From assembly GCA_905178155.1 (NCBI GenBank), contig CAJINV010000013.1, forward strand, positions 1,926,281-1,990,280: a stretch of DNA of 64,000 nucleotides. Direction: 5' to 3'. A program made the translations under genes and the position numbers. The notes beneath the pieces were generated by a model, which did no database searches, had not been told where the DNA came from, and was given only the letters and a program-made list of their open reading frames with translations. This document shows positions 22,350-36,294 of this stretch, in pieces; position 1 is the stretch's first letter; every line of letters starts with the position of its first letter. This DNA comes from Amoebophrya sp. A120. Lineage: Eukaryota > Protista > Dinoflagellata.

Positions 22350-24736
22350 TTGCATGAAAAAAAAAAAGATTTTGAAACCTCAAACAACGCAGCCATCATC
22401 GCCCCTCCTGGTCTAGTTCCGATTCCCTCGAAGTTTATCGCGTCTCCCTTTGAGCGACGGGGTTCCAACACCTCCTTCGATCCAAATGTCCGGCGTCACT
22501 CTAACGACCCGATCTCGAAGTCCCACTCGGAGGTCATCGTGGGCACCGGTCCGGCGTGTAGCAGCAGCGCAAACTTGGCGATCCTCGGTGCGGGAGGAGC
22601 ATTAGTTGGCACCTCCACTTCGCAAACGTACCTGAGGCCTACCACCCGCAACGCGATGAGCGCCAAAGCGTCACCCACCGGTCTGCAGCCGGTCTTTCCC
22701 GTACCGTCATCAAGTGTGAGTACTAAGCCAGGACTTCCGCAAGAGTACCACGGAAACAAGGCTGCTTCTCCAGAACAAGAAAACTTCTCGCAGTCCCAAT
22801 CCGCGGGGGAATTCTATTTCTACCAGAAGAGCAAGTCCAATCCGGTGAACGCGCGGCCCCGGCCGCGAAACCAGCCGTTCCACAGCTTTCCCGCTCACGA
22901 AAACAGCACGTCGGCGCGGTCCCCGTCCACGTCCACCTACGAGCAGCTCTGGATCGCTTCGCGGGCACAATCCAGGGAAGTTCTGCAGCAGCCGACGGAT
23001 CATGTTGTTCACGGAAACAAGATGCAAAGAGCGTATCAAATACAGCAGGAGCAGCACCACGTGGCAGTAGAAGAACCACAGGCCGCGCGGGTACAACAGC
23101 ATCCACGTGTAGTGCCATCTTCACACTCCGGGCGTTCTCCAAATGAGCTGCAACAACATCTCCCACTGCCACAAACAGTAACTTCGAGTGACTTTGTGCC
23201 GCAGAGCTGCAACCACGTCCAGCGTGGCCGGTCTCGCGAACAAGCGAGCAAAAATAGCTACCAACACATCGCGTGCTCGCCGGGTGGCGGGGTGGTGGAA
23301 CCGGTTGGCGCGACAGGTGCGATGAATAGCGACGCAAACAATAACTTTGAGGACGTTTACCCGCCGATGGAGAAAAAAGAGAGTAAACAAGCTGATAATC
23401 CGAAAAGTCACCAGATCTCGCATGGAAATAACCGGTCTCGCAGCAACAGCAGCAATTTCAACCCCAACCAAAACTTCGGACTCGCTATTCCGCAGATGCT
23501 CTTACCCGGCAGCAGTGTGCTGGCGCCGGCGGGTGGGCTGAAGACAAGCGGCAGGAGAAACAACAGTCCCCAGGACAACAACTTCGGCGTGTACAACTAT
23601 GGGGGAGGAGCTGGCGCTGGTGCTGGTGATCATGATTACAACAACATTAACGTCGGCCCAGGAGCAGCGTTCGACATCATCGACGACATTGCTGACGCGT
23701 CTGATCCAACCGTCCCCCGAATGTTGAGTCACCAGATGAACTACGACTATCGAAGCAGTAATAGAGCGAATAATCACAAGAACTCTTCGAAGAGCAATTC
23801 CAATTCCTTCACCGAATTTTCCCTGACCGAGAGGTATCTCAGAGAAAAAGCCTAGCAAGAGGAGGTCACGTGCTTTGTGCTGCAGATAAAATAGGTACAC
23901 GAATAAAAGGAGACGGAAAACCCTGCTTTGCATAGCCGAAAAGCCATCCTAATATGGGCCCGCCCACGACCCCTTTTTTTTGCCTGTTGTTAAATTTGTT
24001 TTCGCATTATAGCTGCTACCCTGCTAGCTTATTTTTTCTCGTTGATATGAGGTCCATCAAGGAATGGGAAAAGATCGTGAAGTACCGCGAAACCGACCTC
24101 GTGAAGCGGAAGGAGTCCGTGATGGAAAGCCGCGCCATTCTGGAGGACCGGCTGATGCTGCGGGAGCGGATTCTGAACGACTGCCAAAAGGTCGCGCGGA
24201 ACGGCTACACGCACGAGAAGCAAATTCAGAATCTGGTGCTGGAGACGCAAGCGCTGGCGAACGAAATCCACCGGGTGGAAACAGAGCGGGGCGAGAAGGA
24301 GAAGAGGTTTGAGGAGAAAGAGATGGCGGAATTGCGGCAGGAGAAGAGAACGTGGATCCAGGAACACGTCGAAAAATTGGAAAAAAGCAACGAAGAATTA
24401 AAATCCGAGCTCGCGAAGGAAAAAGAAACCTTCGAGCAAACCGGCCTTTCTTGGAAGCAGAAGTTCAAAGAGTCCAAGAAGGAGCTGGATCAGTCCTTGA
24501 AAGAAAAGCAGACACAGCTGAAGCAGCTGCAGAAGGAGTTAGAAAAGCAAGAGTTCGACACGAAGTTGAAAAAAGACGAGGTCCTGTACCTGCAACGGAA
24601 AAACGGGGACCGGAAGGTGGCGCTGGACGAGGCGAGGGGAATTTTGGAAGAACAAATCTTCGTCGCGCGGTCCGCCATGAGCCGACACGTCAAGCGGGAT
24701 TATGGTATTTTTTATGTGCTGCTCGCTGCTGTTTAG
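22350..24736 (+). CDS. Hypothetical protein: low-complexity N-terminus plus C-terminal coiled coil
   Basis: ORFs 22350-23855 and 23954-24736 join (LTER|SIKEW) after removing introner 23835-24047; start and end uncertain. Confidence 0.7.
23835..24047. mobile_element. TIR introner that also reads as GT-AG
   Basis: TATCTCAGAGAAAAA / TTTTTTCTCGTTGATA; TSD AGAGG/TGAGG yields AG^GTATC...TGAG^G. Confidence 0.8.
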
Positions 24737-27104
24737 ACTCTCACGATGTTGCCCCCTCTCTTCTACGTCGTAGCTTAGCTTCAAACTAGCCCCCCCCCCC
24801 CGTAACTAAAGCAGACCCCCGGTAGTAGTTCTCCGAGCTGTGCGTAAAAGATGAAGTAGCAGTAGGGTAGCACTAGCCCTAGCGTAGCTCCGGTACCCGC
24901 AGTTAGATTTAGAATGGTTAGTAGCCGCAGTTAGATTTAGAATAGGAATACTACATACATACTACCTCTCTGATGTTTGCCGCTTTTCTGCCGTTCGGAT
25001 TGGCAGATGAAGCAGGAACAATAAGTAGGAAGATGCGCCGTCGCCGATCGATCTTGACACTGCTCACCATCAGGCGGCGCGTGCTGCTTTTCGTGCGAGA
25101 AAGCAAGAAAGAAAGTTGCATTTTCGGTCCAGATGAAAAGTGATCGGTACAACGTTCACAACACGACGTCGCTTTGATACAGAGAATCATTTCTATCGTG
25201 CAAGTGATCGTCATCGTACTAAGACCAATCGTACAACAGCAAGATGAGAGCGTGGCTGTGATACCGTGCACGAATGAACCTGATCTGGTAACCAACGCGG
25301 GCATCGGTTTTAGAAGGGCGTAGCTATCGATGCCGTGCTATTGACGCTCCACCTGTAGTACAACTCACTCGAAGATGTTTTTTCACACATATCATCAAGA
25401 CGCTTTATCAGATTTACGCTCGGCTCATCACAACCCCCTCAACAGGTCCCCCCCGCTTGAGTGAGAGATATTTTCTACTTGTCGATCCTCATCATGTGCA
25501 TTCATCTACGTTTTCCACGTTTGCATGATGTACTTAGCTGCAAGAACGCTAGAGAATAGAAATTGCGCTTCAGTGGTGTTAGAAGTAGTTGTAGAGAGAG
25601 AAGAGGCAACACGCAACAGGAACACTCGGTCTATGCAGAAGTATAAGTGTTTTCGTCTTCTCGTCGACTTCTTACTGGATCTTGATCTTCGGCATGCCTC
25701 GTCCACAACCTAGGCTTGCTTGGTGCAGCCTGTGGCAGGTTCGAAAACCACCAAAACAACACGACCAAGATGGCCGCTCGCTTTCGCTTCCAGGAGGACC
25801 CGGAATAATAAATGACGTGACGTCCACCTCGTTGCACTTCGTGCCTCGTGTCTTTGCTTCATTGAAGACGAGGACAAAGATCATACGTGCCAAAATCTCC
25901 GTCAAAACCGTCCGCACGCCCTCGATCATCAAATGGAAAATTTAGATCGTGCTTTCACCGTCGTCGTGATCGATCGTCAACATCTGCAACGGGCACTAGC
26001 ACAACTTCATCTCCGTCCTGCTCGAGATCACACGCGCTGCTCGTGAGATTATGGATCGCTTCTTCTAAGGACCTCGCTTGCAACGTACTAGAAGTGAGTC
26101 TGTCAACGTCATCGTTTAGAGGATCGGACCGCTCACGTTCATCACTGTAAAGCTCAGAAGGATCTGAATCGTCGTGATGCGTAAGTAGAACATCGAGAAA
26201 CTACGCGGTCCATCGTCCAAGATCATCTGCAACGTGGTCTACAACCGTCCAGGAAACAAAGCTACGTCCCTGAGTCTTCAAGTATCTGCCGCGCGTCAAG
26301 AGGAAGAGGTGTCAACGTCGAGAAGAAGAAGCGTAGGAAAAATGGTCGAGATGGAGAGATCATGCTTTCAGTCCTTCGTCCTTAGTTTTGTACAAACTAC
26401 AGGTTTGCTGGCCCGGCGAAATCCGACCTGCGTGCGGTAAGCTGGGTCAGGGAAGGGCTGAGGATCGTATTCGTGATCGTAGCACTCTTGCGTCACATTT
26501 ACGTTCTTGTGTGCCGAGATGAAAGGAGCTGCAGCTGTAGAGGAGAAGAAAGCCGTATTTATCGTGCTGGTCGTGGGGAGACTATAGTGCTGAGAGGAAC
26601 TACACCCGTACCAAACATCCGTGCTCTGCTGTCCTGGAAACCGTGCATTGACCAGAGCGAAGTCAGTTGGATGTGGAACGTTGAAGGAAATCGGTGACGC
26701 TAGTCCTAGTCGTGCCGTAGCGTACTCTCACATCGTGGCGCTGAAGGCAGCACTCGAGTGCAGAAGTAGATCTTGTCGCGCGCCGTCCAGCCAACTCTTC
26801 GTCTCGCTCGTTCCTATCTGCGTCCAGCCTCTACTACGCGCAGATCGCACAGAACGAGTTGACTTTTTTTTTCGTGAAGGAGATTTTGAATGGGTTTGCT
26901 TTTCTCCCGTACTGGTACTTCAGCTTGGCCTTGGCGTTACCTCTACTCATCACCACCTTCAAGCTTCTCTAGTTTCACTTCTACTTCTTTCGATCGAGAA
27001 GACCTGCTTCGCAGTATCTCACTATTATTCACAGAGGGCGACGAAACACCGCGAGGGCGAAAAATTTCACAAGGAGAAAACCGCGAAACCTCCATGGATC
27101 GGCT

Positions 27105-27302
27105 CCCATTCCGAGCCGAAACCCCAGGGCAAACGGTCCCCATTCCGAGCCTATACCTCCGGGCAAACGATCCCCATTCCAAGGCTATACCTCCGGGCAA
27201 ACGATCCCCATTCCAAGGCTATACCTCCGGGCAAACGATCCCCATTCCGAGCCGATACCTCCGGGCAAACGATCCCCATTCCACGCGAACGATCCCCATT
27301 CC
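27105..27302 (+). repeat. 34-bp minisatellite, about 5.5 copies
   Basis: GGGCAAACGATCCCCATTCC(A/G)AG(G/C)C(T/G)ATACCTCC units starting 27127, 27161, 27195, 27229, 27263. Confidence 0.92.
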
Positions 27303-28405
27303 GCTCTTTTTTATCATACCGAGAAAACCGCCCGCCAAGTCAAACCTACTTCGTGCGAGTGTGCATGTAGTTGTGGACACGCATCAGGAAATCAGAGAGA
27401 GCGCTTCCTGTTTGTCTTCGCTGGAGCTTGCTTATTATCACATACCAGCACACCAGTCGCGGACCGGTCGTAGTGCTTTTGTTCTGAAATCACGCGAGAC
27501 CACAACTACATGTGCGCGAGCAGTGAATTTGGCTTGGCGCCGGAAGCTCTTGACTTTGCCACTATACCCCATACCTCCGCAAGTCGATCCCCGCATGACA
27601 AGAACACCACCTCCGGGATTCGAACCCCCAACCTCCGGGATTCGGTCCCCCTTCCATTTTGGGCCCTGCGTCGAGTATCACCTGGAAAAGCTTGCTGCTT
27701 TCTGTTGGTTTTGCATGGATGTTGCGCACAGTGTAGCACTTTTATTGCACACAGCTGAGGCTGTGTTCGTTGGGGCTGGCGACTCCTCTTCGTGTTTCGA
27801 GGGCGCGCTGGCTCTGAATCGATATTATGATATTAGCGCACAATTGTGGGCATACTAGTTTCAATTTCTTTGTTGTGCTTGTGAGCGAAACGAAAATAAA
27901 GTTGCACGGACGGGACAAAATCAGAGCAGAAGCAGGCAGGCTTTTTCAAATCCTTAACAAAATCCGAAGTACTTGCGGTAAGATGCGGGGCCGACGGCCA
28001 CGTGGGTGTAATCCGACGTACGTGCGTATGACGCGCAATTTTTCGAGTGAAACTTTGCAAGGGGGGTTTTGTATGCTGATTTGTTGCAGCAGTTTCTGGA
28101 AAGAATTTTTGCATAACTATTTCCGCCATCACCAACACAAACTAACCACGCTTGTTTTCTCTCCTTCGCGTTCAGCAACTTGTTCTCGGGCGGAGGATCG
28201 GCAATCTAGATTTTTGCTACTGTATGTTCACTGCGCGAAGAAGTATAGGCTGCGGAATTGCGTGGTAAGAGGAAACAACTACACACTGCTGCTCCATCTT
28301 GAAGGCATCTGCTGCAACAGAAACGACACAAAAGCCCTCCCTCCGATTTTTACCTGCCCTTCCATACTCGGGTAAACCTCGTGGCCACGTCGTGACACAG
28401 CGGCA

Positions 28406-28435
28406 AGGGTTTAGGGTTTTAGCGGTTTAGGGTTT
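28406..28435 (+). repeat. Short interstitial TTTAGGG-like telomeric tract
   Basis: AGGGTTTAGGGTTTTAGCGGTTTAGGGTTT. Confidence 0.5.
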
Positions 28436-29822
28436 ATTTCTATCCGGCGGCGACTCGCAACGCAGAGAAGCGCCAGCCTCGTCGGGTTTGCTGTTTGTTT
28501 TTCCAGTCGAAGTAGTTCTCTGTGTTGCTGGTGTCCTGTAGTCGGTTCTCGACATCAACATTCTTGTCAAGGTGATCTACATGTCGATCTAGAAGATCAT
28601 GATCCCAAACTACTACGACGACAAAGTAGTCCCAGATCCATACTAAACCACCAGAGGAGGGGGAGACAGACCGACGACGTGAGGAGTCCTGTTGGTCCCA
28701 GAAACGTGACAAAACCCAGCCAGTGACGGAAACGGAAGAAGATCGCTGCCAATGTTTCGATCAGGACGAGCGCGGCATTCTCGTCGTGCAAAGAAGAATC
28801 GGAAGCAGATCTATAGTGCCTTTTTCTTTTCAATCTGATGATCCAGTTGGTCGCTCCAGTCAAAGCATTTTGTCAGGGTGGAGCGTCGTCTTGTCAGTTG
28901 TAAAAAAACGTATAGCAGAAGCGCAGAGAATTGTGAGGGCTCTCCCGTAGGTTCTATCAGGTCCAGCGCCATTATCGTGCAAGATCGTGCCTAGTACTGC
29001 TGTCGTGGAGGAGTTTGCTTTCTGATCATTTTTTTCGTTTTGGAAAACTAGAAGCAAGAAGAACGGTCGTTCTGCATCTACTTACATACTGTCACGTGAC
29101 AAGTAAGCTGTCGAGATCGTCCTGAGTCATTTTGAGCCGATCAAGCGTCCTCGCGATTGCAGTGCGCGAACCAAAGTCTGGAAGTCTTTTCTGTGCGCTC
29201 AGAAGGTCTTTTTTTTTTTTCGCGGCACTTATTTTTGAACTGGAAAAAAGTCGGAAGTCGTTTATTTGAGTCTCGCAGAAAGAATAGAGAAACTCACTTT
29301 CACCGTTGTCGAATGTCGGAGTAAGTCATCGTTCTTCTAGTCATAGTTACTTATCAGTTAGTTTGGTGTGGTTTGTAGTTGATACTATTACTCTTTTTGG
29401 CTCCGAGAACAAGTAGTTGCTCGTGTCGATTCATCAAGAAAGAAGTAGTTGCGCAAGAAGACTGAAAATCGTCATAATGCTAATAGTAATACATCTTTGG
29501 TTGATACCGTAGTTGCCGTTCTGTGGACAAGTTTGTGAATAGATGAATATGGAAAAGGAATTAATACCCGCCCCACGCACACAATAAGAAGAGCCGGGAT
29601 ATGCTGAGATCTCACATTAACCTCGTGGTAGTATCCCTGCACGAACAATATCGATATTCCAAGATATTTACCCTTCCCCAATCATGGATGGATAATGTTA
29701 ATATTGAAAAGTGAAGCCTACCCCAGTAAACCTAAACACGATGTCATCTGACGAACCTCTCTTGATGAACGAATGAACAAAAAAACAATTTTTGCACAAA
29801 TAAATCGTATATTACAAAAAAA

Positions 29823-32525
29823 TCTAACTCTTTAGCCCGCGCCGAGACCGAGGAGCAAAAAGCGGTCGAGGTAAAGTCGAGCACTTCGCTGGGCGAGAAA
29901 AAGTTAGAAGAAGACCTCCACACCTTCGAGTCCGCAAAGGTTCGGAGGAACGAACAGGCCGAGCAAATGGACGAAGAACTGCTTCGGTTAAGCCAAAGGG
30001 AGGAAGTGTTGTTCGCACTGAGATCGGAAATTCTGGATTTGATCCGCGTCATCAACATCGATGATTTGCCGCCATGGAAGTTAAATGCCATGAGTCGGTC
30101 TAGAAACGCGACTCCGCGGAATTCGCAAAACTTAACCAGCAGTGTACAAAGTGCCGTCTTCGGGTTAATGGGAAGCAACATGGGAAGTACGTGCATGTTA
30201 CTTTATTCCACCTGCTGCCTGCTTTTGTGCATAAAATAGTAGGATGTTTGACTGTCCTGTATTTGGTTTGTAGCGCAAGCGCGTATACTTGATTTGATAA
30301 GTTTGTTCTTTATTCTTGTTGTACTTGTAGGTATCCACAATCCGCAAGCAGACGACACAACTCTGGACGAGGCCGCGAAATTCCTCGAAAAAATCCAGAA
30401 CATCCACGACGAAGAGGCGGCGGCTGTGTACAGAGATTATAGAGTTTTTTGCCGCAGAGCAGAATTTGAATTTCGGTTTTTCGTTTGTGAGTCGCGCACT
30501 TGTGGTGTAGCTAGTGATTGTGAATTGTGTTCTGTTTCTTCGTGCGTATCCGTATCCTGCGTGACAACCACCACCACAATATCCAAACCCAGCAAGCACT
30601 TCCGCGAGCTGTGTGTGTCTTCCGTAGCCGCCCGCGACCGGATCCCCGCGGACGTGGAGGTGAGCCACGCGGGGCGGATTTCCGGCAGCTGCGCCGCGGT
30701 GCTGCGGGCGCGAAACCGTCTGTCGGAAAAATACGGTTCGGAGGCAGAGCAAATCGGGGCTCAGTGCGAATTGTTGCCGGACGATAGCGACATGGTGTCG
30801 TGGGTTTCGGTGAATAGCGACGTCGAGGAAGATGAAGAAGGTGATGATTGTGAAGGTAATTGCCCGGGCGAGGACCATGGCAAAGAGACCGAGGTCGTGG
30901 TTGAAGCGCAAGCAGTGGTCGTGGAGACTTCTACAAGTCGTGCAGGAGATGATTTTTACGACCAGAACGGCGCATCTTCAAGAAACGTGAACCAAATCCA
31001 CATCGCTGAACACGAGATTGAGGTAGAGGTCGAACCGGAAGTAGATGTGGATGGGAAGCAGCAGCAGGGAGCAATCGTGGAAGTAGACCAAGATCTTCAT
31101 CAAGAAGAAGTGCAGCCCAGCCCAATCCACGACGGCCCGGATGATTTTTCCTTCGGACAGAAGCACTCCGCACGAACGGACGTCGCTGGAGAAGTACTCT
31201 CGACAGAGAGGGAGGATGAGCAAGAAAATGAAAATGTTAAGCGAATAAACGTCATCACCGTACCCGCTTCCGCTGTTGCAGCGAGCATGCAGCATGGCCA
31301 AATGAACGTCCTGCAGAGCTCTATCGGTACTACGAGTTCCAACGCGACAACACTGCTCACCGCGACGGCACTCGCTGCGAATTTGAACATGGTCACGCCA
31401 AGGTTCGTGAGTCCGGGCAAACGCGGGGCGACACAGGTGAGATGTTGGTTTTTACTCATGAAAGTGATGATCATCTCACTCGAAGTCAAATCAGTGCGGA
31501 CAAGCATTGGCAGCTTTTGTAATAGATGCCAAGTTGTTGTTGTTCCATTTAGCCTACGCATGACTTTCTCTTTATTGTGCGTCACAAAGACAAATACAAA
31601 TAAAGGTGGACTCCAAAGCCAGTTCAGAGGCCGCCTACTTCGGAGTTTCGGAAGGAACGCCCGACACGTTGAACCTCTCTATGACGCCAAATTTTGTGGG
31701 AAATAGTGCGGTCACAGTGGAAGAAACTTCCACAAATGGTGCGACACAGCCCGTTACTGGACCGCAGCAGGTAGAATTTTTTCGCGATTTTTGTTTTTCT
31801 GCCAGATATAAAAGGAGAAATCTGCATACGTTTTTCGTTCGATTTTATGTCGCAAACAAATAAAAAAGCATGAGCGAAAAACTCAGCAGATCGTCCACTC
31901 TGCGTCCGCAAAGTCGATCATGCAACACGGTCCAGCAGGACCACTGGAACAAGCGCCGCCACTGACTGCGCCACAGCCACAGCAGCCGGCGCAAGTCCCG
32001 ATGGCGCCGGAAAGGAGTAGATTCGTAGGACACCATTCGTCCACGCCATCAGCTGGAGCAGGTCCAGCTGCTACTACAGCCCCGACGACGAACTCCTCTA
32101 GTCGGCAGCGCAGCCGCAGCACGAGCCGTGATTTCGCCGAGTGGTGCGCCTCGAAGGATTTCGCGAAAGCAGTTGTCGCGCCGACGATTCTGCTCGGCCC
32201 AGGAATCGGCTCTTCAACCGTGTCCTACGGAGCAAGTTTTGGAGCGGCGACTCCAACTGGTGCCGTCATCTCAGCATCCACTTCTGCAGTGCCCGCAGCA
32301 GCAGCTGCTGGCCCAGCAAGCAGAAGCGCGTCAGCAGAAATGATGGTACGCACGAATGTCACAAGAACCTCGAGTGAGACGGTCACGCCGACCGGTGCTA
32401 CGACGATGGCAGCTAGCAACAGTGGTTTCTTCAAAAAGACTATCATGCCAACCCCCCAGCAGCAACCCCAGCTGTACGCGAAAGTGATCAAGACGCAGAG
32501 GCCGCTCGTAGAACACCATGCGTAG
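29823..32525 (+). CDS. Hypothetical protein with canonical introns
   Basis: ORFs 29967-30239, 30294-31706, 31606-31863 and 31920-32525 linked by GT-AG introns ~30187-30330, 30428-30592, 31437-31605, 31771-~31886; start uncertain. Confidence 0.65.
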
Positions 32526-34266
32526 AAGACAGCAGAGGGTACCATGTTGGGTAGAACGAATGATGTGCTACTAATTAAAACAGAGTACAACCGTGATAAA
32601 ACTACAGTTGTTACCGTGATCAAACAGTTAACACTACCGTGACTAATCATGAGAATCGCAATGGGTTATTCAAGGAAGAATCTTCGATGGTAGCTGCGAA
32701 TTTCAATTTGCTATCGATACGGGAGATGATGAGATTTCTGAAATAAATGTGAGCTTGCCGCAATCGCAAATTGCGCCGCTTCTTGATCCTCCATCAGGTT
32801 TGTTTTTTCAAAAACAAAAACTGATACCTAGCGCTGTGATGAATGAATCATCTTCTACGATTTGAAAGAATTGCGACTATCGGACGATAGAACAAGTTTC
32901 CTGACGAGCTATAATTATCTTCGCTTTGTCGCTTTGAGTCCTGGTTGGTACTAGAAATATCTATGCGCATCAACGAGATACCAAAACCAAAAGAAAAAGA
33001 ATTATTGTGCTGGTAGAAAAGCATCGTGTTTAAGTTCATGGGTCGCCACTTTCGATCTATTCATTCACGAGCTTTACTGCTCGTCAGCTGTTGACGTAAT
33101 TTCTGTTTTCCGACACGTCGACCTTGACTTGTTAGGAGAAAAAACGCAGCTTTTGACGTCTTGTACTCGTTATGAAGAGGAAAAAAACAAGTGAAGATCT
33201 AAAAGATAGAAAACAGTGCACAAGAGAAGAGTTCTTTACGCAATTACAGTGATGAGAGAAACGCGAAGTCATCCCTGCGATACTTCGTAGAAAGCTTATT
33301 GTGAGTCCGCAGAGGGTTTCGCTGAACGTGAGCCTGCAGCTGCGGCCTGTTCCTTTTGTTCTGGAAACGCATTTGAGCAATCTCCCCAAAACTGAAGAAG
33401 GATCATGTTTTTCTCTTGTTTGAGCATCATGGTTTTCAGCACTACCTCAGCTTGATCAAACGGACCAGCTTTCTGACAACAACCGGCTGCGAGAATAGTG
33501 AAAGAAACAGCAGGGTCGGAAGTGCTTTTTTCGACAGATTCTTTGGTTGTTTATGTTTTTTTTTGTCGTGGCCGTAGGTCTTGACGATTGCAAATCAATT
33601 TCAATTTTTTCCATTCACAGGGCATGTGTCTCTTGAAGGTAAATGGAAATAGATTGTCGCGATGAAAAGCTTGATGCTAGGTTGAAAATTCGACTTCTCT
33701 TTTAAGTGAAACGTGCACGACTCAAGAACTTAACTTTCCTCGCATTGGCACTTTTTCAATTTCAATTATGACGAAGCAAAGCTGCTTGCAGTGACTGTTT
33801 CGCCTGATAGATAAGGACTAAGCTTTTTTTATTGTATGAACTGGACTACTGATCTAAATTTTTGATTCTCGAACGAAAATCGATTACAACTCAACCAAGA
33901 GTTTTGTCGATTCCGATTGTAGTTCTACCTGCTCTGCCGTGCGCGGCTGCTGGAAGTTGGCAAACAACTCGTCTTTTCTAAAGATTTTTTTGGAAGTGTC
34001 TTCTTAACTTTACTTTGAGATAAAGTATACAAGTCTGATATTTGTTTCTTTTCTTCACATTTCGAGTGTGAATTCCGACTGAAGAAACCGGCGCCGGTGG
34101 AGATAATTCTTACGGCCAAAAATTTGTGACCGCCGTCTTCAACGAAATCATAAACCAATCACATTACAACGTGGTGTGAGTACGAAATCAAGCAACAGAA
34201 AACCGCAGAGGGGAGCGGAACAAGTCGAAGCTAGTACCACCCCAACCAAGACATCGGAGGTCGGAG

Positions 34267-36294
34267 ATGATGTCCAAGAACTCATTTTTCACGCATTGCG
34301 CAGCCGCGCTATTCTTGCGGACGACCACAGTCTTCAGTGCACAACAGGACCAGAAGTGCAACTTTCTTGCTGAAGCTGCGGTGGCTACTACACCAGAAAC
34401 AAGCAATCCACCGAGTCCGACAGGAACTTCCGTCCCGCGCACACCCTCTACTGCCACCTCGGCGCTCCTGGGTACCACGGCGAGCAGGAGCAAACCCCGT
34501 CGCCACCAATCCTTCCCTCGAACTGCAGCGAGGAGGTTAACGGCGCTGAATTTGAGTCCGATCACGAATGGCGAGCACGAAGAAAAAGGCCTCGGCTGGG
34601 TGGATCGCGGGGTATTGCACGGTACCAGGCAGGACGAGGACGGGGGGCATCAGGATGGTCAACATCTTCAAACGGGTGTCAGGCTGGACACGAGAGGAGA
34701 ATTCTTTGCGGCCGCGAATCATTTTCCTGAAAAAGAAGACGAAGACACCGACTTTGATGTCCAGGCAGCTGCGGAGGTCGTGGGACGCAGATCTTTCACG
34801 GATCACGACGAGCTGCGAGAAGGTGATTCAAATGCACCTCCGCAAGGTCTTTCCGGCAGCCTGAATAATGCGTCTCGGGTCCGATTGTTGAAACGGATGC
34901 AGCGATCGCGAGGAAACGCGGCTCCGGCGCAAGGAGATGAAGTGCGTCAAGGCTTGCGAAATTTCTGGCCGGGAGGTGGAGAAATTGCGAATGCCAAATC
35001 ATCCTCGTCGTCGTCCGTCGGAGAACATCATGAACCGGAGTACAAACCGGGACGACCGTCGAGTCTCTGCGTGGAGGAGATTTTTGAAGACGCTTTCGAG
35101 GAGCCGGAGGAGCGCAATGGCACTACTGCCGCCACCACATCAATCCTCGGAGTCATCGAAGACTCGTACCGCCCACGGCTCCGCCCCCCGCCGACCTATG
35201 ACATGTTTGAGGCTGACTGCACCGCCGATGAGTACCTGGCCCGGCACTTGCGTGTTCTGGAAAACGAAACCCCGACTCATCTCAGTCCGCCCCGGAGTTT
35301 CCCCGGCAGAATCGAACCGCCGCGAACTTTTGATGGGTTTCGAGAACACGTTACGCAAGATGACTACTTGCAGCGGTGTCTGCAGCAGGTGCCTGCGGGG
35401 GGTACTAGAGAGCATGACAAGCAAGGTGGTGGAGCAACTTCATCTGCAGCTGCTTCCCCACCTAGTAGTACTGGCGCGCCAGCGCTGATGTCAACATCCG
35501 GAGTTGCTCCCACTGGATCTTCCTCTACTTCGCTGTTGCCAGAAGGCGCAGCCGCTGCTGTTCCTGGCTCTATTGATGGCGACGCCGCGGCTGCACCGAC
35601 CTATGAGCAGAGCCCCTCGTCGATGCATCATGAAGAAGGCAACGTCGAAGGGGATTCTGTGGCCGAGGCGATACGAACTTTGGACGACTTTGAACCGATC
35701 CTCGATGAACAAACTGCAGCAGTACTAACAGGCCGTGGTCCTGATCATGATCCGTCTCAGGCACCACTACTGACGGACCACCAACAACAGAACCAATGGC
35801 AAGAACAGCACATCGCGCCACAGCCAGTAGCTTACAACCACCAAGGACATGGTCCCTATCCCACTTTTCCTCACGGAATTCCTCCGTCCCTGGTGAATTA
35901 CGTGCAGCACGGGCAATCAGGATCGCAATATCCGTACGTCGCCAATGGTAGTCCAGTACCACCTGTTCTACAGCCTCCGTATCCCGGAACTCCCGCATCA
36001 AGTGTAGTTCCGCCTGTTGCGGCCCCAATCTTTCCCGCTGCTGGAGAGCTACAGGGCGCAACAAGTACAGCTGAACTCCCATTGCTGCCGAGCGAAGTGG
36101 TGAGCCACGTCGTGGTGGACATGTTGCAGCAGGACCTGCAACGTTATCTTTCGCTTTCCCACCCAAACCGCAACTGCCATCCGCCCAGAAACAGGTACAA
36201 CTGGAAGCGTAGGAACAACGACTGGAGGTGGAGAAGTGGTGGCACCACCTCCAACAGCAAGAACTACGCAGCTATTGCAATCACGAAATATTAG
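34267..36294 (+). CDS. Hypothetical low-complexity protein, possible signal peptide; may be the 5' part of the next gene
   Basis: 675-aa ORF with a hydrophobic N-terminus. Confidence 0.6.
   Translation: MMSKNSFFTHCAAALFLRTTTVFSAQQDQKCNFLAEAAVATTPETSNPPSPTGTSVPRTPSTATSALLGTTASRSKPRRHQSFPRTAARRLTALNLSPITNGEHEEKGLGWVDRGVLHGTRQDEDGGHQDGQHLQTGVRLDTRGEFFAAANHFPEKEDEDTDFDVQAAAEVVGRRSFTDHDELREGDSNAPPQGLSGSLNNASRVRLLKRMQRSRGNAAPAQGDEVRQGLRNFWPGGGEIANAKSSSSSSVGEHHEPEYKPGRPSSLCVEEIFEDAFEEPEERNGTTAATTSILGVIEDSYRPRLRPPPTYDMFEADCTADEYLARHLRVLENETPTHLSPPRSFPGRIEPPRTFDGFREHVTQDDYLQRCLQQVPAGGTREHDKQGGGATSSAAASPPSSTGAPALMSTSGVAPTGSSSTSLLPEGAAAAVPGSIDGDAAAAPTYEQSPSSMHHEEGNVEGDSVAEAIRTLDDFEPILDEQTAAVLTGRGPDHDPSQAPLLTDHQQQNQWQEQHIAPQPVAYNHQGHGPYPTFPHGIPPSLVNYVQHGQSGSQYPYVANGSPVPPVLQPPYPGTPASSVVPPVAAPIFPAAGELQGATSTAELPLLPSEVVSHVVVDMLQQDLQRYLSLSHPNRNCHPPRNRYNWKRRNNDWRWRSGGTTSNSKNYAAIAITKY

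Noticed and set aside
27605-27650. tRNA gene on the minus strand (GGTTCGAATCC T-loop/B-box)
   Set aside because: T-stem pairs only 3 bp and no acceptor or D arm can be formed; part of a local ACCTCCGGGATTCG duplication
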